The position numbers and the translations under genes are program-made. Shown piece by piece: positions 1-13,189 of a stretch of DNA of 64,000 nucleotides (positions are counted from its first letter, which is position 1; each line of letters begins with the position of its first letter). Below the pieces are notes generated by a model, which saw nothing but the letters and a program-made list of their open reading frames with translations, was not told the DNA's origin and ran no database searches. This DNA comes from Sphaerodactylus townsendi (Eukaryota): contig NC_059429.1 in assembly GCF_021028975.2 (NCBI RefSeq), positions 45,446,001-45,510,000 on the forward strand, given 5' to 3'.

Positions 1-143
1 GATTGTTGATAATGTAAAAAGGCTATTGTTTCAGTTTCAAAATTGTATCTTATTGTGTATCTATTAGGGATCCCTCCCTACTGTTTTTACAGTTTCCTGG
101 GTCCTTTTCACCCAGTCAATACCCTGGGTGCATTTCTGAGACC

Positions 144-345
144 CTGTGAGGTATAGTGGTTAGTGTGTAAGACTGTGATCTGGGAGATCCAGGTTGAAAT
201 CCCTACTGTGGCCCAAGGTCACTCAGCAAGCGGCAGTTACACACTCTTAGCCCAACCAATTCCGCAGGGTTGTTTTGAGGATAAAATGGAGGACATAACT
301 GTGTAAATCATCTTGGAAAGAAATGTGGGGTACAAATGAAGTAAG
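144..345 (+). mobile_element. Old Ther1/MIR-like (CORE) tRNA-derived SINE
   Basis: tRNA-like head (GTATAGTGGTTAG A-box-like; GGTTGAAATCCC B-box-like) followed by CORE-like GGGTTGTTTTGAGGATAAAATGG; diverged. Confidence 0.7.
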
Positions 346-989
346 TTAATTAACATATGTTTTGTTTCACTTGATTTAATAGTAATGTATATTGGGAAAG
401 GTCTCTACATAGAATAGCTCCAGCCCAAATTAGAGGGGGAGGGGTGGCAGCTCCTTTTTAACCTTATAAATATGTTGGGAAATCCTATAAAACTTCCACA
501 TCTCATTGAACCATGCCTTTTCTTGCTGAGTTAGCAAGTTGACTGAGAGTTAACACACTTTTAAACTATAAATGAACTCTTGCTTAGAACTGCCTTTATC
601 TTGGAAGGTTAGTTAAAACAGTTATAGAAAAAGCTTAGATTAAATGTTTTTAATAGAGGTTGAAATTCTTATCATAATATATCAGATGTATCTTATATCC
701 CTGTTGATTGGTTCATTTATGCTGCTTACTCATATTTATAGCTAATCAGACATCACGATATAACCACATGATTGTAATAGTTCAGATTTAGCAAAAGTAA
801 TATTTTTGTGCATTCCTGTGACAAGCAGAACAAATTTAACTGACTGGAAGTCTCAGAAGAAGAACAGGTGAGATCTCTGGGTGAGATTCTTGGGTAACAT
901 GAACTTTTTTGATAATCCCTAAAAGCAGTGAGCTTTGTTAATTCTCAGAATCTCTTCTTTCCTGTTGAAGTTGTCTTGGTGTTTGTGAA

Positions 990-1432
990 TTTCAAAGGCC
1001 TCCCTGTGCAGTCTGACATAGTAACCCCAAGGGCATGCTAAGTTCATGAACAATGGACTCCACCCAAACACAGGATTTGCATTCACCAATACTGCTGCTG
1101 CTGCAGGGCATGCAAATGTGAATCACTCCCTGGACTGAAAGACCCCACCTGCAATACAATACTATCAACCACATCTTTGCATAGCAAGTTCCACCCAAAC
1201 ACTTACTGATTGGTTCCCCGCCCTGGGACATGGACAATATATACCCCACTAAACATTCCCTTCTCACTGGACTCAGTGTGTAACAGACTTCCCTCTGTGA
1301 TGCACCTCTGAAGATGCCAGCCAACAGATGCAGGCAAAATGTTAGGAATGAGATCTACCAGACCACGGCCACACAGCCTGGAAAACCCACCACAACCAGT
1401 TGAATTCAGCCATGAAAGCCTTCAACAGTACT
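990..1432 (+). mobile_element. Penelope-like retroelement 3'/pseudo-LTR remnant
   Basis: CACCTCTGAAGATGCCAGCC..CAGATGCAGGC(a)AAA(t)GTTAGGA...GACCACGGCCACACAGCC..GAAAACCCAC...GAAAGCCTTC matches the terminal motif pattern of lizard Penelope elements; boundaries approximate. Confidence 0.7.
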
Positions 1433-2002
1433 TGAGAACTCTTCTGGTAATCAGTTCTGCACAGGCAAAGCATTGAAAATTGTTTAGTACAAATCATCTA
1501 ATAAGATGCAGGAGGAAATATATTGCTAGATCTCTGGACAAATACAGAATGTTATGTATTTGGTCTCTCACAAAGAAGTATGCACCACAAGGCCTCAACA
1601 ACATTACAGCAATTCATTTATTCAGCCATTTTGAATTCAGCCTTGCACAAAGTGAGTACGCTATTGCCCTGCCTGGTCTACCAACAAATTGCACTTCTAA
1701 TATACTCCTCTGTAAATTGCATCCTCCTTATTTTGAATTAATGCTTGTGCATTGAAATCTGAAATTGGGATGTCCTTTGACTGTCTTTGTGTTACATAAT
1801 CTTTCCAAATCTTTGTCTTTATTTCTTGCCCATAACTACTCTGTTCCACAGAAAGATGATAGTTCTGTCAGCTGAGGTGCAGCAGTTGAAAAATTGTATG
1901 CTTTCACCTTAGAATATAGTCTCAAGTGGCTATGAAAATTATCATTCATTTTTATGTGCTGCCTTTGTCAAAACCATTATTTTGTGCATTATTGAACATG
2001 GT

Positions 2003-4858
2003 CAGTCACAAGCCTTTATTGGTATAAAATAAACATACAAAATCAGCATACAAAATTTGCCCATTATTGCTCACAATTATAGACACTGGTACTAAAATAC
2101 TAAATACTAAAATATATACATGGTCCTTCTGTAACTATAGGACATTCCTTCAGCTAAGTTAACTCACTTAAACGTCATCGGATACTGACAGAAGCTAGCA
2201 AATTTACTGCTGGCTATATGTGGTTATAATACATAGACATTGGTTGGTATTCATCTAGACTTACGTCTATTATTGTTAGCAGAAATTTTGCTACATTCTC
2301 ACACACTGTGGGATCCATGTTGTTCAAAAGCATAGGTATCTTAAGAGCATCAGTTAGATTGTTATACAGAAATGGGATAAGTGCAGATTGCGACATTCTG
2401 GTTTTTTGCAAACCTTACACAATGAAAAAGAGTATGATCGAGTGTCTCCACCTGACCCATATTGCATGGACATAGCCTCCTCTGTTTATCAATTTGTTGA
2501 TATCTGCCATAGAGCAGCATAGAAGGCATTAGATTGAATCTGGCCAGTGTTAAAGCTCTTCTTAATTTAGGGTTGGTGATCCACTGTAAATAATTGGCCA
2601 TGTGTCCTTGTTCAATTGGAATAAGCAGGGTCAGGGGAACACGCTCCTCGCAGCTGTTATCGTATCCCGATACTCTTGTTCTAATAGCTTAGTTTTCAAG
2701 CAGCTATATGCTTCTGATAGGGAAAGAGGGACTAACGACTCTAATGAAAAGCCAAGAGTGTTGATTTTTCCCTCAACTAGTTTCAGCCACCTAGAATTTG
2801 CATAGTCGGAAAGCATGAGGTGTAACAAACTGGAGTGATCCTGCAAATAGTGGATACGTAGCCAGTATCTGACAGTTCTCAGCCAGGCCATCGTGGCATA
2901 TGATATTTGCCCGAGTTCTAAACATAGGGCTGCATATGAAGCACAATTTGGTAAGCCCATGATTTTATGGAAGAAATGGGACTGGGCTGTGTTTATATTT
3001 TTGTTTATAGCTCCAATCCAAATTGGTGCTCCATAGAGGAGCTGAGAGCCACATTTAGCATTGAACACCTTCAATGCGGATGGTATATACTGGTGGCCCA
3101 CAGTGAAAAAGAAACGCTGAATTGCTAGGGCACTGTTGTTAGCTGCAGCGAGTGCTAATTTCCTATGTACTGCCCAATTAAGGTTGCTAGTAAGAGTTAT
3201 GCCCAAATATTTGAACTGGTTAACTTGTTCTATGGGTCTGTTATTGATGGTCCATGTATGACTAGGGGGTCTTCTAGCGAAGACCATTATTTTGGTTTTT
3301 TCATAGTTAATTACCAGTTCGTTCCTCTTACAATATTCAGCACAGCAATTTAAGAGACGAGTGAGACCACCTTTAGTGTGGGAAAGAAGAACGGTGTCGT
3401 CAGCATACAGTAACGCGGGCACGTGTTTAGTGCTTAGTTTGGGAACATGCCCAGTGGCCTTCTGGAGGGTTGGCACTAGATCACTAAGGAATATATTGAA
3501 CAAAGTGGGGGCCAATGTACAGCCTTGTTTGACCCCTCTGGTTGTGATGATATTTTCTGTGAGCGGTCCTTTTGTTGCGGCTCTTATTCTGCAGCTAGTG
3601 CAAGTGTGTAGCTGTTTTATAAGAAACAGTAGTCTGGGGTCCATGTGTAACGCCGTCAATTTTCTCCACAGTAGGGCTCTAGATATGGAGTCAAATGCCC
3701 CTTTTAAATCCAGGAAGGCTGCAAACAGTTTACGGTTATTATGAGTTATACTTTTGTTAGCTAAGTGTGCTAAAACTGTTACATGATCCAGTGTTGATTT
3801 ATTTTTAGTGAATCCAATTTGCTCCGGTCCTATTACTTCTGCTTGCTTGACCCAATCTTCCACTCTCCTAAGGAGTAGTTTTGCATATAGTTTGCCAATT
3901 ACAGATAATAGGCTTATAGGACGATAGTTTGAAGGATTTGTAATATCACCCTTTTTGTAGATTGGGACAACTATAGACGCCAGCCACATCTTTGGGATGC
4001 GGCCCGTGTTATTTACATGGGTAAATAAGGAAGCCAGAGTTGTAGCCCACCACTCGGGTGAGGATTTAAGTATTTCTGGTATTATTGCATCAGGACCTGG
4101 GGCCTTACCGCCAAACCACTGATTAGTTTACTCACTTCTTGAGGATTAACCTCAGGCCAATCTGGTAGCTCCTCTGGTATTGAAGTGGAATCAGGGTATT
4201 CAGTTAGGCTAGCATTGAACAGATTAGAAAAATAACTGAACCATCGGTCTAGTGAAATATGGGGCAACTGGATACTGCACGTTTGGGCCCTTCTATTTAT
4301 GATTTGCCAGAATTGCTTAATGTTATTTGTTAAAGTGGCTTGATATAGTTGTTCCCACTGCTGTTCGAATTGATTTTTTCGTTTCCATTGTACCATAATT
4401 TGAAAATCCTTTTTTCAGTTGGGTTATATTGCTGAGTAGCTTTTCCTCACCTGTGCTGCGGTAACTTCTATATAATGATCGTATTAAGTTGTTAAATTCA
4501 ATACAGTAGCGATCAAACCATTCTCTATGACCGTTTACAGCCTTAGATTTGGTCGAGGAGACGGCTTGAAGTTCCCCTGCTAAATTTGAAACTAGTTGTT
4601 CAAAGTGATGTATTCCACGTTCTGGTGTGTCAGCCTGTAATATATTCTCTTTTAATTTATTAAATGTAAAAGAGCTAAGTAGTGTTTCTGTAGCAGCTGC
4701 CACCTGAGGTGACCATGTTATTTTCTGATGCCTAAAGTTGGTGGGGTCCTCTGTATTAGTCTTTACCTCCAATGAAAAAGTTACATTGAGTGGAAGATGA
4801 TCACTTAGCAATAAGTCCCCAACGCTAAAATAATATCTACATGCAACCCCTTGCTCAG
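2003..4858 (-). mobile_element. 5'-truncated RTEX-like non-LTR retrotransposon with 11-bp TSD
   Basis: Collinear minus-strand ORF pieces: endonuclease C-terminus (SDHLP, 4323-4811), linker (4082-4396), RT (2631-3989) and C-terminal GRY..R.CPC..VETLDH.LFHC motif (2362-2601). 3' end CCAATAAAGGCTT near 2010-2022. Direct repeat TTGAACATGGT at 1992-2002 and 4859-4869. Confidence 0.85.
2631..3989 (-). CDS. Reverse transcriptase domain of RTEX-like LINE ORF2 (fragment of a frameshifted ORF)
   Basis: PIYKKGD..NYRPISLL, EQIGF, FLDLKGAFDSI, GVKQGCTLAPTLF, YADD and FKYLG motifs in a 452-aa ORF. Confidence 0.9.
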   Translation of the reverse strand: MWLASIVVPIYKKGDITNPSNYRPISLLSVIGKLYAKLLLRRVEDWVKQAEVIGPEQIGFTKNKSTLDHVTVLAHLANKSITHNNRKLFAAFLDLKGAFDSISRALLWRKLTALHMDPRLLFLIKQLHTCTSCRIRAATKGPLTENIITTRGVKQGCTLAPTLFNIFLSDLVPTLQKATGHVPKLSTKHVPALLYADDTVLLSHTKGGLTRLLNCCAEYCKRNELVINYEKTKIMVFARRPPSHTWTINNRPIEQVNQFKYLGITLTSNLNWAVHRKLALAAANNSALAIQRFFFTVGHQYIPSALKVFNAKCGSQLLYGAPIWIGAINKNINTAQSHFFHKIMGLPNCASYAALCLELGQISYATMAWLRTVRYWLRIHYLQDHSSLLHLMLSDYANSRWLKLVEGKINTLGFSLESLVPLSLSEAYSCLKTKLLEQEYRDTITAARSVFP

Positions 4859-4889
4859 TTGAACATGGTACTTTGATACAAGAGCATTA

Positions 4890-6425
4890 ATATTTTATGT
4901 ATTTATGTATTTATTAGCTTTTGTAGACCGCCTCATCCCCAAAGGGCTCTAGGTGGTTCACAATACAATAAAAACCAATAAATTACTTAAAACATCTAAA
5001 AACATTTAAAGTTCAATATGCAGCATCAATTCCAATAACAGACTACCCATATTGGTGGCACCCGGTCTTAAGGCCGGCCTTAAGGCTGGGAGGGGCTGGC
5101 AGCACCCAAAGATGAAACCAGCGGGGACACTGCCAGAGATGACAAAACCATGGCAGGGCCTCACAAGGGGGCAGCCAATCCGCGGCCAGCCTCACCAAAA
5201 GCCTGGGGGAACAGCTCGGTCTTACTGGCCCTGCGGAACTCGCCAAGGTCCCGCAGGGCCCAGACAGCTGAAGGAAGAGCGTTCCACCAGGCAGGGGCCA
5301 GGGCTGTAAAGGCCCTGGCCTGGGTAGAGGCCAGCTGCATCATTGAAGGGCCAGGGACTTCCAGCAACTCCACTGTTGCAGAACGCAGCGGCCTATTTGG
5401 GACATATGGGGTAAGACGGTCCCGCAGGTAAGAGGGCCCCGAGCCACGAAGGGCCTTGAAGGTTAATACCAGCACCTTGAAAACGATCCAGAATTCCACT
5501 GGAAGCCAGTGCAGACAGCGCAGCATGGGGGTAATATGATCTTGATAAGTACCCCCCCCCCCGTAAGAAGCCAAGCTGCTGCATTCTGGACCAGCTTCTT
5601 CTTCTGGGTCAGTCTCAAGGGAAGGCCCACATAGAGCGAATTACAGTAGTCCAACCTCAAGGTGACCGTCGCATGGATCACAGTGGCCAGGTCAGCCTGG
5701 GAGAATTAGGGGGCCAGCTGCCGGGCCTGGCGAACATGAAAAAAAGCTACCTGGGTAACATGGGCCACCTGGCCCTCCATAGAAAGGGAGGAATCCAGGT
5801 GGACCCCCGGGCTACAGGCCAGGGAGGTCGGGGCCAACGTGACCCCTTCCAAAACTGGTGGCTGAAAATCCCTAGGCCTTTCACCACGGCCCAGCCAAAG
5901 GACCTCCATCTTCAATGGATTGAGTTTTAACCTGCTCTGCCTCAACCAACCAGCAACCAACTCCAAACAATGCTGTAGAGCCGGAGGGGCAGAGGCCGTC
6001 CCCTCCCCCATCAACAGAATGAGCTAGGTGTCATCAGCATATTGCTAACAACCCAGCCCAAAGCTCTGCACCAACTGAGCAAGGGGTTGCATGTAGATAT
6101 TAAATAAGAGCGGGGATAACAAGGCCCCCGGTGGCACCCCACACTGAAGTGGGTGCCTTTGGGAGGCCTGGTCCCCACACCACACCTGCTGACCCCTATC
6201 CCGGAGAAACGAGGCAATCCACTGAAGGACAGTGCCCTGCATTCCGGAAGCAGCCAGGCGGTGGGTCAAAAGGTCATGGTCAACCACATCAAACGCTGCA
6301 ATAAGATCGAGCAATACTAGCAGCGCCGATCCGCCTTGGTCTAGCAGCATATGGAGTGTATCTGTGATAGCGACAAGGACGGTCTCCATCCTATGCCCAG
6401 CACGGAAGCCGAACTGGAAGGGATC
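4890..6425 (-). mobile_element. 5'-truncated L2-clade LINE (RT C-terminal part plus 3' UTR), frameshifted
   Basis: ORF pieces LLDLIAAFDVVDH, GVPPGALLSPLLFNIYM, LKLNP.K.E, RLDYCNSLY.GLP, LHWLPV..RI.FKVLVLTFKAL; (TTTATGTA)-like tail at about 4893-4915. Confidence 0.9.
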
Positions 6426-6759
6426 AGTGTACGTTTACTTGCTAACATTTAAATGGATGGAGCAGGGCTAGGTGGGCTCTAGGACCCAGGCGGAGCATTC
6501 TACAACAAAGGTCCAGCATGCTTTGTCCTATGGTGGAGGAATATACAATCCTACTATCATCTTTCTGTGGAACAGGATATAAAAACATTTTTTGTCTGTT
6601 TGCCAGTCCAAGTTGGTCAGTTCCTATTCTGTCTCTTGCACCTCTTTCTCTTCTATGGTTACGCAATGTCCTTTCCCTTATATTTTGCTTTTTCTATTTT
6701 GAAATGTGGTTCTTGAAATTTTCTTTCATATATTTTTATGTAGGGGTTGTGCTATTTCA

Positions 6760-7500
6760 ACACATCTCAGATGCCTTCTATTTCACCTGTATTCTTTTCC
6801 TTTATATATCTGAACAATGTATTTCTGTAACAGCAACTACTAATGCTGGTTCCCATATTCCATCTCTTTGTTGTATTCTGTCACCAAATTGCCTTCTTTC
6901 AGAAGTTTAAGTAACATGTGTCACTGTCAAAATATATTTTTAGTTTCAACTTAACTTTGGCATTGTTTTTTCTGATTATTTCACCCTTTGGGATTTATGA
7001 TAGCAACTGTCTCTTGGTGTTTAGTAGATTGGATTTCAGTCGCCTGCTTATGCACAGTTGTGATAGTGATGCTTTCCCTACAATTGGTGTGTTTCTGTAA
7101 TTGGTATGGACTTGTACGTACGTATTTAAAGCCCCATTCCTTGGCAAACGTTTCAGACTCCATTAATGTATATTTAATTCTATTATCTGATATTAATTCA
7201 TCACATATTCCATGTTTTGCTAAAATGGGCTTTAAAGAATTCACTGTGGTATTTGCTATTGTGTCAGGTAACTGTATAACTTCTGCAGACCTGCTGTAAT
7301 AGTCCACCACCAGCAAGTAGTTCTTTTGTTCCCAGGTGAGCAAGTCTGCTGCAGTTTGCTGCCAGGCCTGTTTTGCGGTTGCTCTAAGCATCATTGGTCC
7401 TAGGTTGTACTCCCTGTAGTTGTTGCTACAATATTACATCACCACACATCCAGTTTATTTTAAAGTGGGCCATTTCTGCACAAGTCATTTATAATTCTTC
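6760..7500 (-). mobile_element. Degenerate Gypsy (Ty3) LTR-retrotransposon integrase fragment
   Basis: ORF 6981-7394 W..TAADL...KNYLLVVDYYSR...I.AKHGI.DELISDN...FAKEWGF....TSPY is an rve integrase core; downstream decayed K.YFD / G.WEPA.VV / RRHL-type C-terminal motifs. Confidence 0.85.
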
Positions 7501-8929
7501 CAGAACAGTAGTAAAATGTTTCATTCTTATACTTCCCCTACTGGTGGTGGAAACGTTTCATCTACCTTTTAATCCATCATTTCTGAAAACCCTTTTAGCA
7601 CAATCTTTTCTGTTGGAAAGTTTCCAAACCAGTTTCTCTTGCAGTGTGGTCATACTTTATCTTTCACTCTGAAGAGCCTGGCTGTTTTCAATGCCTGTGC
7701 CACCACCACCCAACGTGCTCCTTAATGCCTAGTCTATCATTTTTTTGCATCCCTTCTCTCACTCCTCCCCGCCCCCACCATCTCTTCATTTTCATCATTT
7801 CGTGCAGGGCTTGGGGTTTTTTTTTGCTATTAATCAACAAAGTATTGATTAAACATATCTACAAAGCATCAAATCAATGGATCAACACAACATTGTTTCA
7901 ATATATAAGCAAAAACTTTTTACAAAACACATTACAATGGCGACAAAATGTTTGAAGGAAGTGAGTGCAGACAAAAATCGTGGTAAGGGGGGGGGATCAA
8001 AAATGTTCTGAAAACATTCTACACGACTTGTGCAGAAAGGGTCATGGTTTTTCTCGGGCACTTCCAGGTAGTCTTTCCTGCCTGGGCTTTGCTACATTGT
8101 GGGAAAGAGTGAAAGGCAACTCACTGTGCACCTTCTCTTCCTCTGCTTCCTCTCCCCCTTTTTATGGGGCAGTGGTATGGTGGTGGTGGGGCTTGGGGGG
8201 AGCAGGAGGAGTTTGGCTGGGGCTGGGCACAATGGCTGGGGCAAGCTCCAGGTGCCATTTTATGGTGGTATGCCACTGCAATTCTTACATACCCCAAATG
8301 ATAGAAAATTAGGATAGGCAACAAATCCTTGGAGATGCAAGCATTTAGAAATTATCCATTACCTGTTTTTCAATTGTTTGGAGTTTCTGTCTTTGTGGTC
8401 AAAGTAAAATGTGTTCAACATGGAGTCCAGATATAGGAAAGAGAATGGCTTAATCGCTCATGGCCAAAAGACTGATGAGCTAAGAGCCTGAGAAAAGAGA
8501 GCTTCTTTCTGTCTACCCCATGCACATCTTCTTCCTCTTCCTGTTCCAAAAAGGAAGATCTGTTCTTTCCTTTGGTCTCATTGAAGAGCTATAGCTGGCT
8601 TAGGTTCAGCCTAGCTATCGCTCTTTTCTTGGCTAGGGCCAATTTCATTTCTATGGTACTGAATGCCTGGGAGGTGAGTCATATTCCTCTTTCTCCTTCC
8701 CTGCTCCCAGCTGAAGACACTGTATAACATGTACAGCTTGTACAAAGTACAGATCCATAGATACAAAAGATGTGGTGTAAGGCATTTCACCACCATGGGA
8801 TATAAATGTAATAACTAAAACTCCAACTTGAGTGAGACATGGATGTAATAATTGAACCCCGAATATGGGGGGCACTGTATCTCTGACTCAGAACAAAAAA
8901 CCAGGGATATCTATCACCACCACGTAGTG

Positions 8930-9034
8930 TTTATGAGCTTCCTGGAAACATTTGGTTGGCTACTGTCAAAAAGAGAGTGCTGAATGAGGATGAATCTTTG
9001 ATCTGATCCAGTGAGGCAATTCTCATGTTCTTAC
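8930..9034 (+). mobile_element. Old CR1 3'-end fragment
   Basis: TTGGCTACTGT...TGATCTGATCCAG...TTCTCATGTTCTTA resembles the 3' UTR and tail of the CR1 at 19980-20078. Confidence 0.65.
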
Positions 9035-10296
9035 GATCTTATCCCAAAGGACCATTTGTTTTGCTGCAGCAGATTTGGAAATGACATCTCCGCACTGGAA
9101 AGGGCTGATATGCAAAGACTGAAACATCATTTCCAGATGTACCGCTTAGTGAAGCATGTGCTGTATTATGCTGGTGGGGCAGGGAAGGGTGGGGGCTGGA
9201 AAGAGATGCTGAACTGTAAGTATTTTATGATGTACGTTTCTCTAACAGTTTCTGCTTTTGAAATCAAACACATGTTCAAGTTACACTGATACATGCACTT
9301 GCATATTATAGCTAATGGGTTATTCATCCTCTTTTTGTCCTTGGGATAATCCTAAATATGTGTATAAAGCTCAGATCATGTTGCTCATAAAAATCAATCA
9401 ACCCAGAGATCTCCTGCAAGGTGTCAAACATTTTGTCTGGTGCAGATGGTAAAGATATGTTTAATAAAGAGAGAGAGGATTAGTTGGAACAGAAACAAGC
9501 TAGGAGAAAAGGGTAATTTCATTTTGTATGAACCACCATGACATTTCAGAGAACCAAGAACTGATTAAAATTGTATCAAAGCTGTTCCTTTTGGGCTGCT
9601 TATCCTAACTCTGACCCTGCTTATCTTGTCAACTGTTTCACCCACATGTATTATTTCACTGTTATGTGAATAACTCAAAAACAGTCTCTCCTTGTGTCCC
9701 TGATTAAAAACTAATTTGTAAATGAATAATTGCATTGGAAGGTTGCAGGATTCTGTTAAAAGTGCTTAATATTGAATAACTGATCCCTGTCATTGAGGTT
9801 TCTAAGGGAAATATATATAGGTCACCTGAAAAATAAATGCATTCTAAAAAGGCAACTGTCATAATGTTTACTTCTTAAGTTTAACATTTCTCTTAATATT
9901 TAGAGGCTGAGAGGGAAAAGGGGGCTTAGCAAAATGTATGAACAGTGTTATATTCTGTTTTTTTAGGAAATCTGCCCATTTTGATTAGAACTCAGAAATA
10001 AAAAGAAAGAGATAAAATACTGCAGACAACTTGTATGCTGTCTAATCTCTGCTATGAAGATTGGATAGTCCTCATCCAAGGTTTTATCGAGAGGGAATTG
10101 CATCTTGATAATACAGTTTATAATGTGGGACTGTTTTTTCAGAATATATATATAGGCTTCAGTACTACTATCACAGAATCAGCCCAGGACAGTGCTGCTT
10201 GATAAACATGCCAGTTTACAGCATGTTGCTACATTTGGCAAAATGTTTACCTTATGGTCAAATATATTTGATAATGTAGAAGAAGAAAAAGACATA

Positions 10297-10488
10297 CTGG
10301 ATTTGTTTCCCCACTCCTACATAGGTAACCTGCTGGATGACCTTTGGCTAGTCACAGTTCTTCAAAACTGTCTCCACCCCACCTACCTCATAAGATGTCT
10401 GTTGTGGGAAGGGGAAGGAAAGGAGTTTGTAAGCCACCTTGAGACTCCTTGTGGTGGAGAAAAGCAAGGTATAAAAACCAACTCTTCT
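10297..10488 (+). mobile_element. Squam3-like (Ther1-derived) SINE, 5'-truncated
   Basis: TCCCCACTCC..GGATGACCTTTGGCTAGTCACAG..CCCCACCTACCTCA..GTCTGTTGTGGG..GTAAGCCACCTTGAGACTCCTT..GGTATAAAAACCAACTCTTCT; homologous to 48105-48400. Confidence 0.8.
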
Positions 10489-13189
10489 GCTTTGCCACAG
10501 CTCTCACCCAGACCCAGCCTCTCTTGATGTTATCTTATCTGCCCCATTCTTTATGTATTCAAACAGGGCTGGCATGACCACAGAGAAGAACTAGGTGGCT
10601 CTCCAGCATACCAGGCTTTAAGGGGAACCAAACTAAACAGAAGTGAGTGTTTTTTTGTTGAAAATATATATTCTCTCTTTTTCTCTCTCTCTCTATTTGA
10701 GTGGCGGTGGCGATGGTAGGGATGCCAAAGTAATAGTTCACCTAGCGTGTCAAACAGCCTTTACACTTACGATGGAATATTAAGACTTCTCATTGCATAG
10801 ACTAGAGTAGATCTGCCTGGGATTGCTTCCTAAGTCACAGTTGGTGACATAGTTGTGAGGTAATTCCCTGTATAATTTCTGGCTGCTTAATTTAGTATTT
10901 GTTACTAACAAGTGAATTATCTGGATCAATTAATGGGACTTGTAGGGTTTTTTAACTCCTCCCACCACCACCACATAACAAGATTCACAGTGCAATATTA
11001 TGCAGAATTACTTTAGTCTACATTCATTAAAATACATTTTAATTTATTTTATGTATATATTATGAAGTAAATAAGACAACTTTCTACACTGACCACTCAT
11101 GTGAAGTGATTTTTTCAAATGTAGTTTACAGCCTGTGCTGGATCCCATTGTTCTCTTTTCTTGATCTTGTTTATGGCTGATGCATATAAACAAATCCCCC
11201 TCAGCCAGTTATGTGACATTATTCCCATTACTTAATACTGGCAGCACAGTAAACAAAATATTTATCCACAGCTTGAGAGTCATTATGAGAGATTCCCAGT
11301 AGAAGGGTTGGGAGCAGGAACATGGGAGGCATATCAGGATCATGATGATGTCACTTCCAGGGAAAACCTCATAGCAACAGAACTGCTGAAATTCTAGTGA
11401 TTCCTGGAGCTGGTAGCAAAACTGCTAGCTAGATTCCTGGTAGCAGAACTCCTGAAATTCTAGTGATTCCTGGAGCTGCTGCCATTGATTTTGGGGTCTC
11501 CCTGCTAGTGATGTCATAATGCTATCAACATTAGTGAGTTTTAAATCCCCTGCCACCCTGCTACTTGGATGACTCAGAGGTTGCCCCCCCCAATTGCCAG
11601 GCATTAAAAGATCCTTTATTTCCTCCCCTCAGACATAGTATTATCCTTTTTAAAACAGGAATATATGAAATATATAGGATAAATGTAAACTCTGTGAAAT
11701 CAGTGAGATTTTAGTGTTTTACTAGGGCAACTAGGGCATGCCTAGCATTCGATCATTATGTTCTCCAAAGGAAAAATGTGCTACCTTGGCTTGGAAATCA
11801 TACACACTTATGCCTCATGCACATTTTATTGTACATTGCTTAATTTATTACACACATCTAGTTCACCAATTTCTGCCGCTGTAATATTTCCCCTACCACA
11901 TTGATCTATATTCAGTTTTGGGAGAGGTGAGGTTCTTTGTGCTCTTATTACATTTAAAACTAGATCATAATGTTTTAACATAGTCATTGGTAACACTTTG
12001 GAAATCAGTGAAAATATCAATTTCTTCAAAAAGACACATTTTAAAAATACACACCAAAGAAGATACCCATCTATCGGTGTATGTGAGTATGGATGATTGA
12101 TTCACTTAACAGAAAAACCATAATGTTTCAATCTCTTCTCTTTTCTTTCTTCTTTTTGCCTCATGGGCAATCCATTCTAATTACAGCATTCTGTCGTTTC
12201 ATTGTGTTGGGTCTCTCCCTTTCCAGCTATGGCTGAGAAAAGTTAATCAAAAAATAAAATGAAAAAAAAATGCTGCTGCTGAACTAGGTCTCATAGCTTC
12301 CTCTATTACCCAAATGCTCTCCAGTGGGCAAATTGCAAGAAGCAGCATCCCAGTTATCCAGCTTAGACCCCAGAGGCAACAAATCACTCCCAACTCCTCC
12401 TCCTCTTATTTTTTACCAGAATTTAAAGTAAAATAAAAGGTGGCCTGGGAATTTGGAACTAGAGAAAACATGTCCAATTTTTGGCACAGGGGGACAGAAA
12501 AAGATGACATTTGGCTTCCCTTCTGGAAATATGGCTCACCACCAGAACTTGTGCTTAGTAGAAAGCAGAAGACAGTCCAATGCATAAGAAAAATGGGGAA
12601 TAATAGATTATATTAAATGGGGGCTCACAAAGCCAAGCAAGCTAAACTTTACTCCATTGAACACAGAAGATAAGAATCTGAGAACTGTTACAGCAGTTCA
12701 GATCAATGGGCCATTGATGTAAGCATTCAGCAGTTGCCTTATGATAGTTAATGCTATCCTGTTGCTAGATTCTAGTGTCTGAAGAGAGTTATTAAATTTT
12801 CCTTTCCATATTCCTGTTCATCACAAATAGGGGTTAAAGTTACCTTCAACCTTTCCCGCCTTCCCAGTTGCAATGAAGCAAGAGCTTACAAAACCACAAT
12901 CCTTTTTCATATAGAGTGGTGCCACTTAGGAGGAAGAAATAGAACCAGTACTGGAAATGGGAATTTTCCACTTCTGATTCTGATGCATAATTTGACACTT
13001 TATACTTTGCTTCATGAATGGTGCATTCAATTTTTTAACTAGTTCATCTGCAGACACTGTGTTCTGTTGAAATTGTTTAATCCTGGGAAGGCAATGAAGG
13101 ATGGAAGGGACACTGAAGGAAGCCAGGGTCAAAGTCACTACATCTTTGGAGTCATAGAAGCCCCACAAAATCCAACTCCCCACCAGAAG

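Noticed and set aside
3165-3744. Plus-strand ORFs over the LINE RT (likewise 19319-19935, 61439-62960 opposite the CR1s)
   Set aside because: Antisense shadows of LINE ORF2.
12926-13083. Possible terminal coding exon on the minus strand (IKQFQQNTVSADELVKKL…)
   Set aside because: Acceptor is plausible, but no recognisable protein and no linked upstream coding exon.
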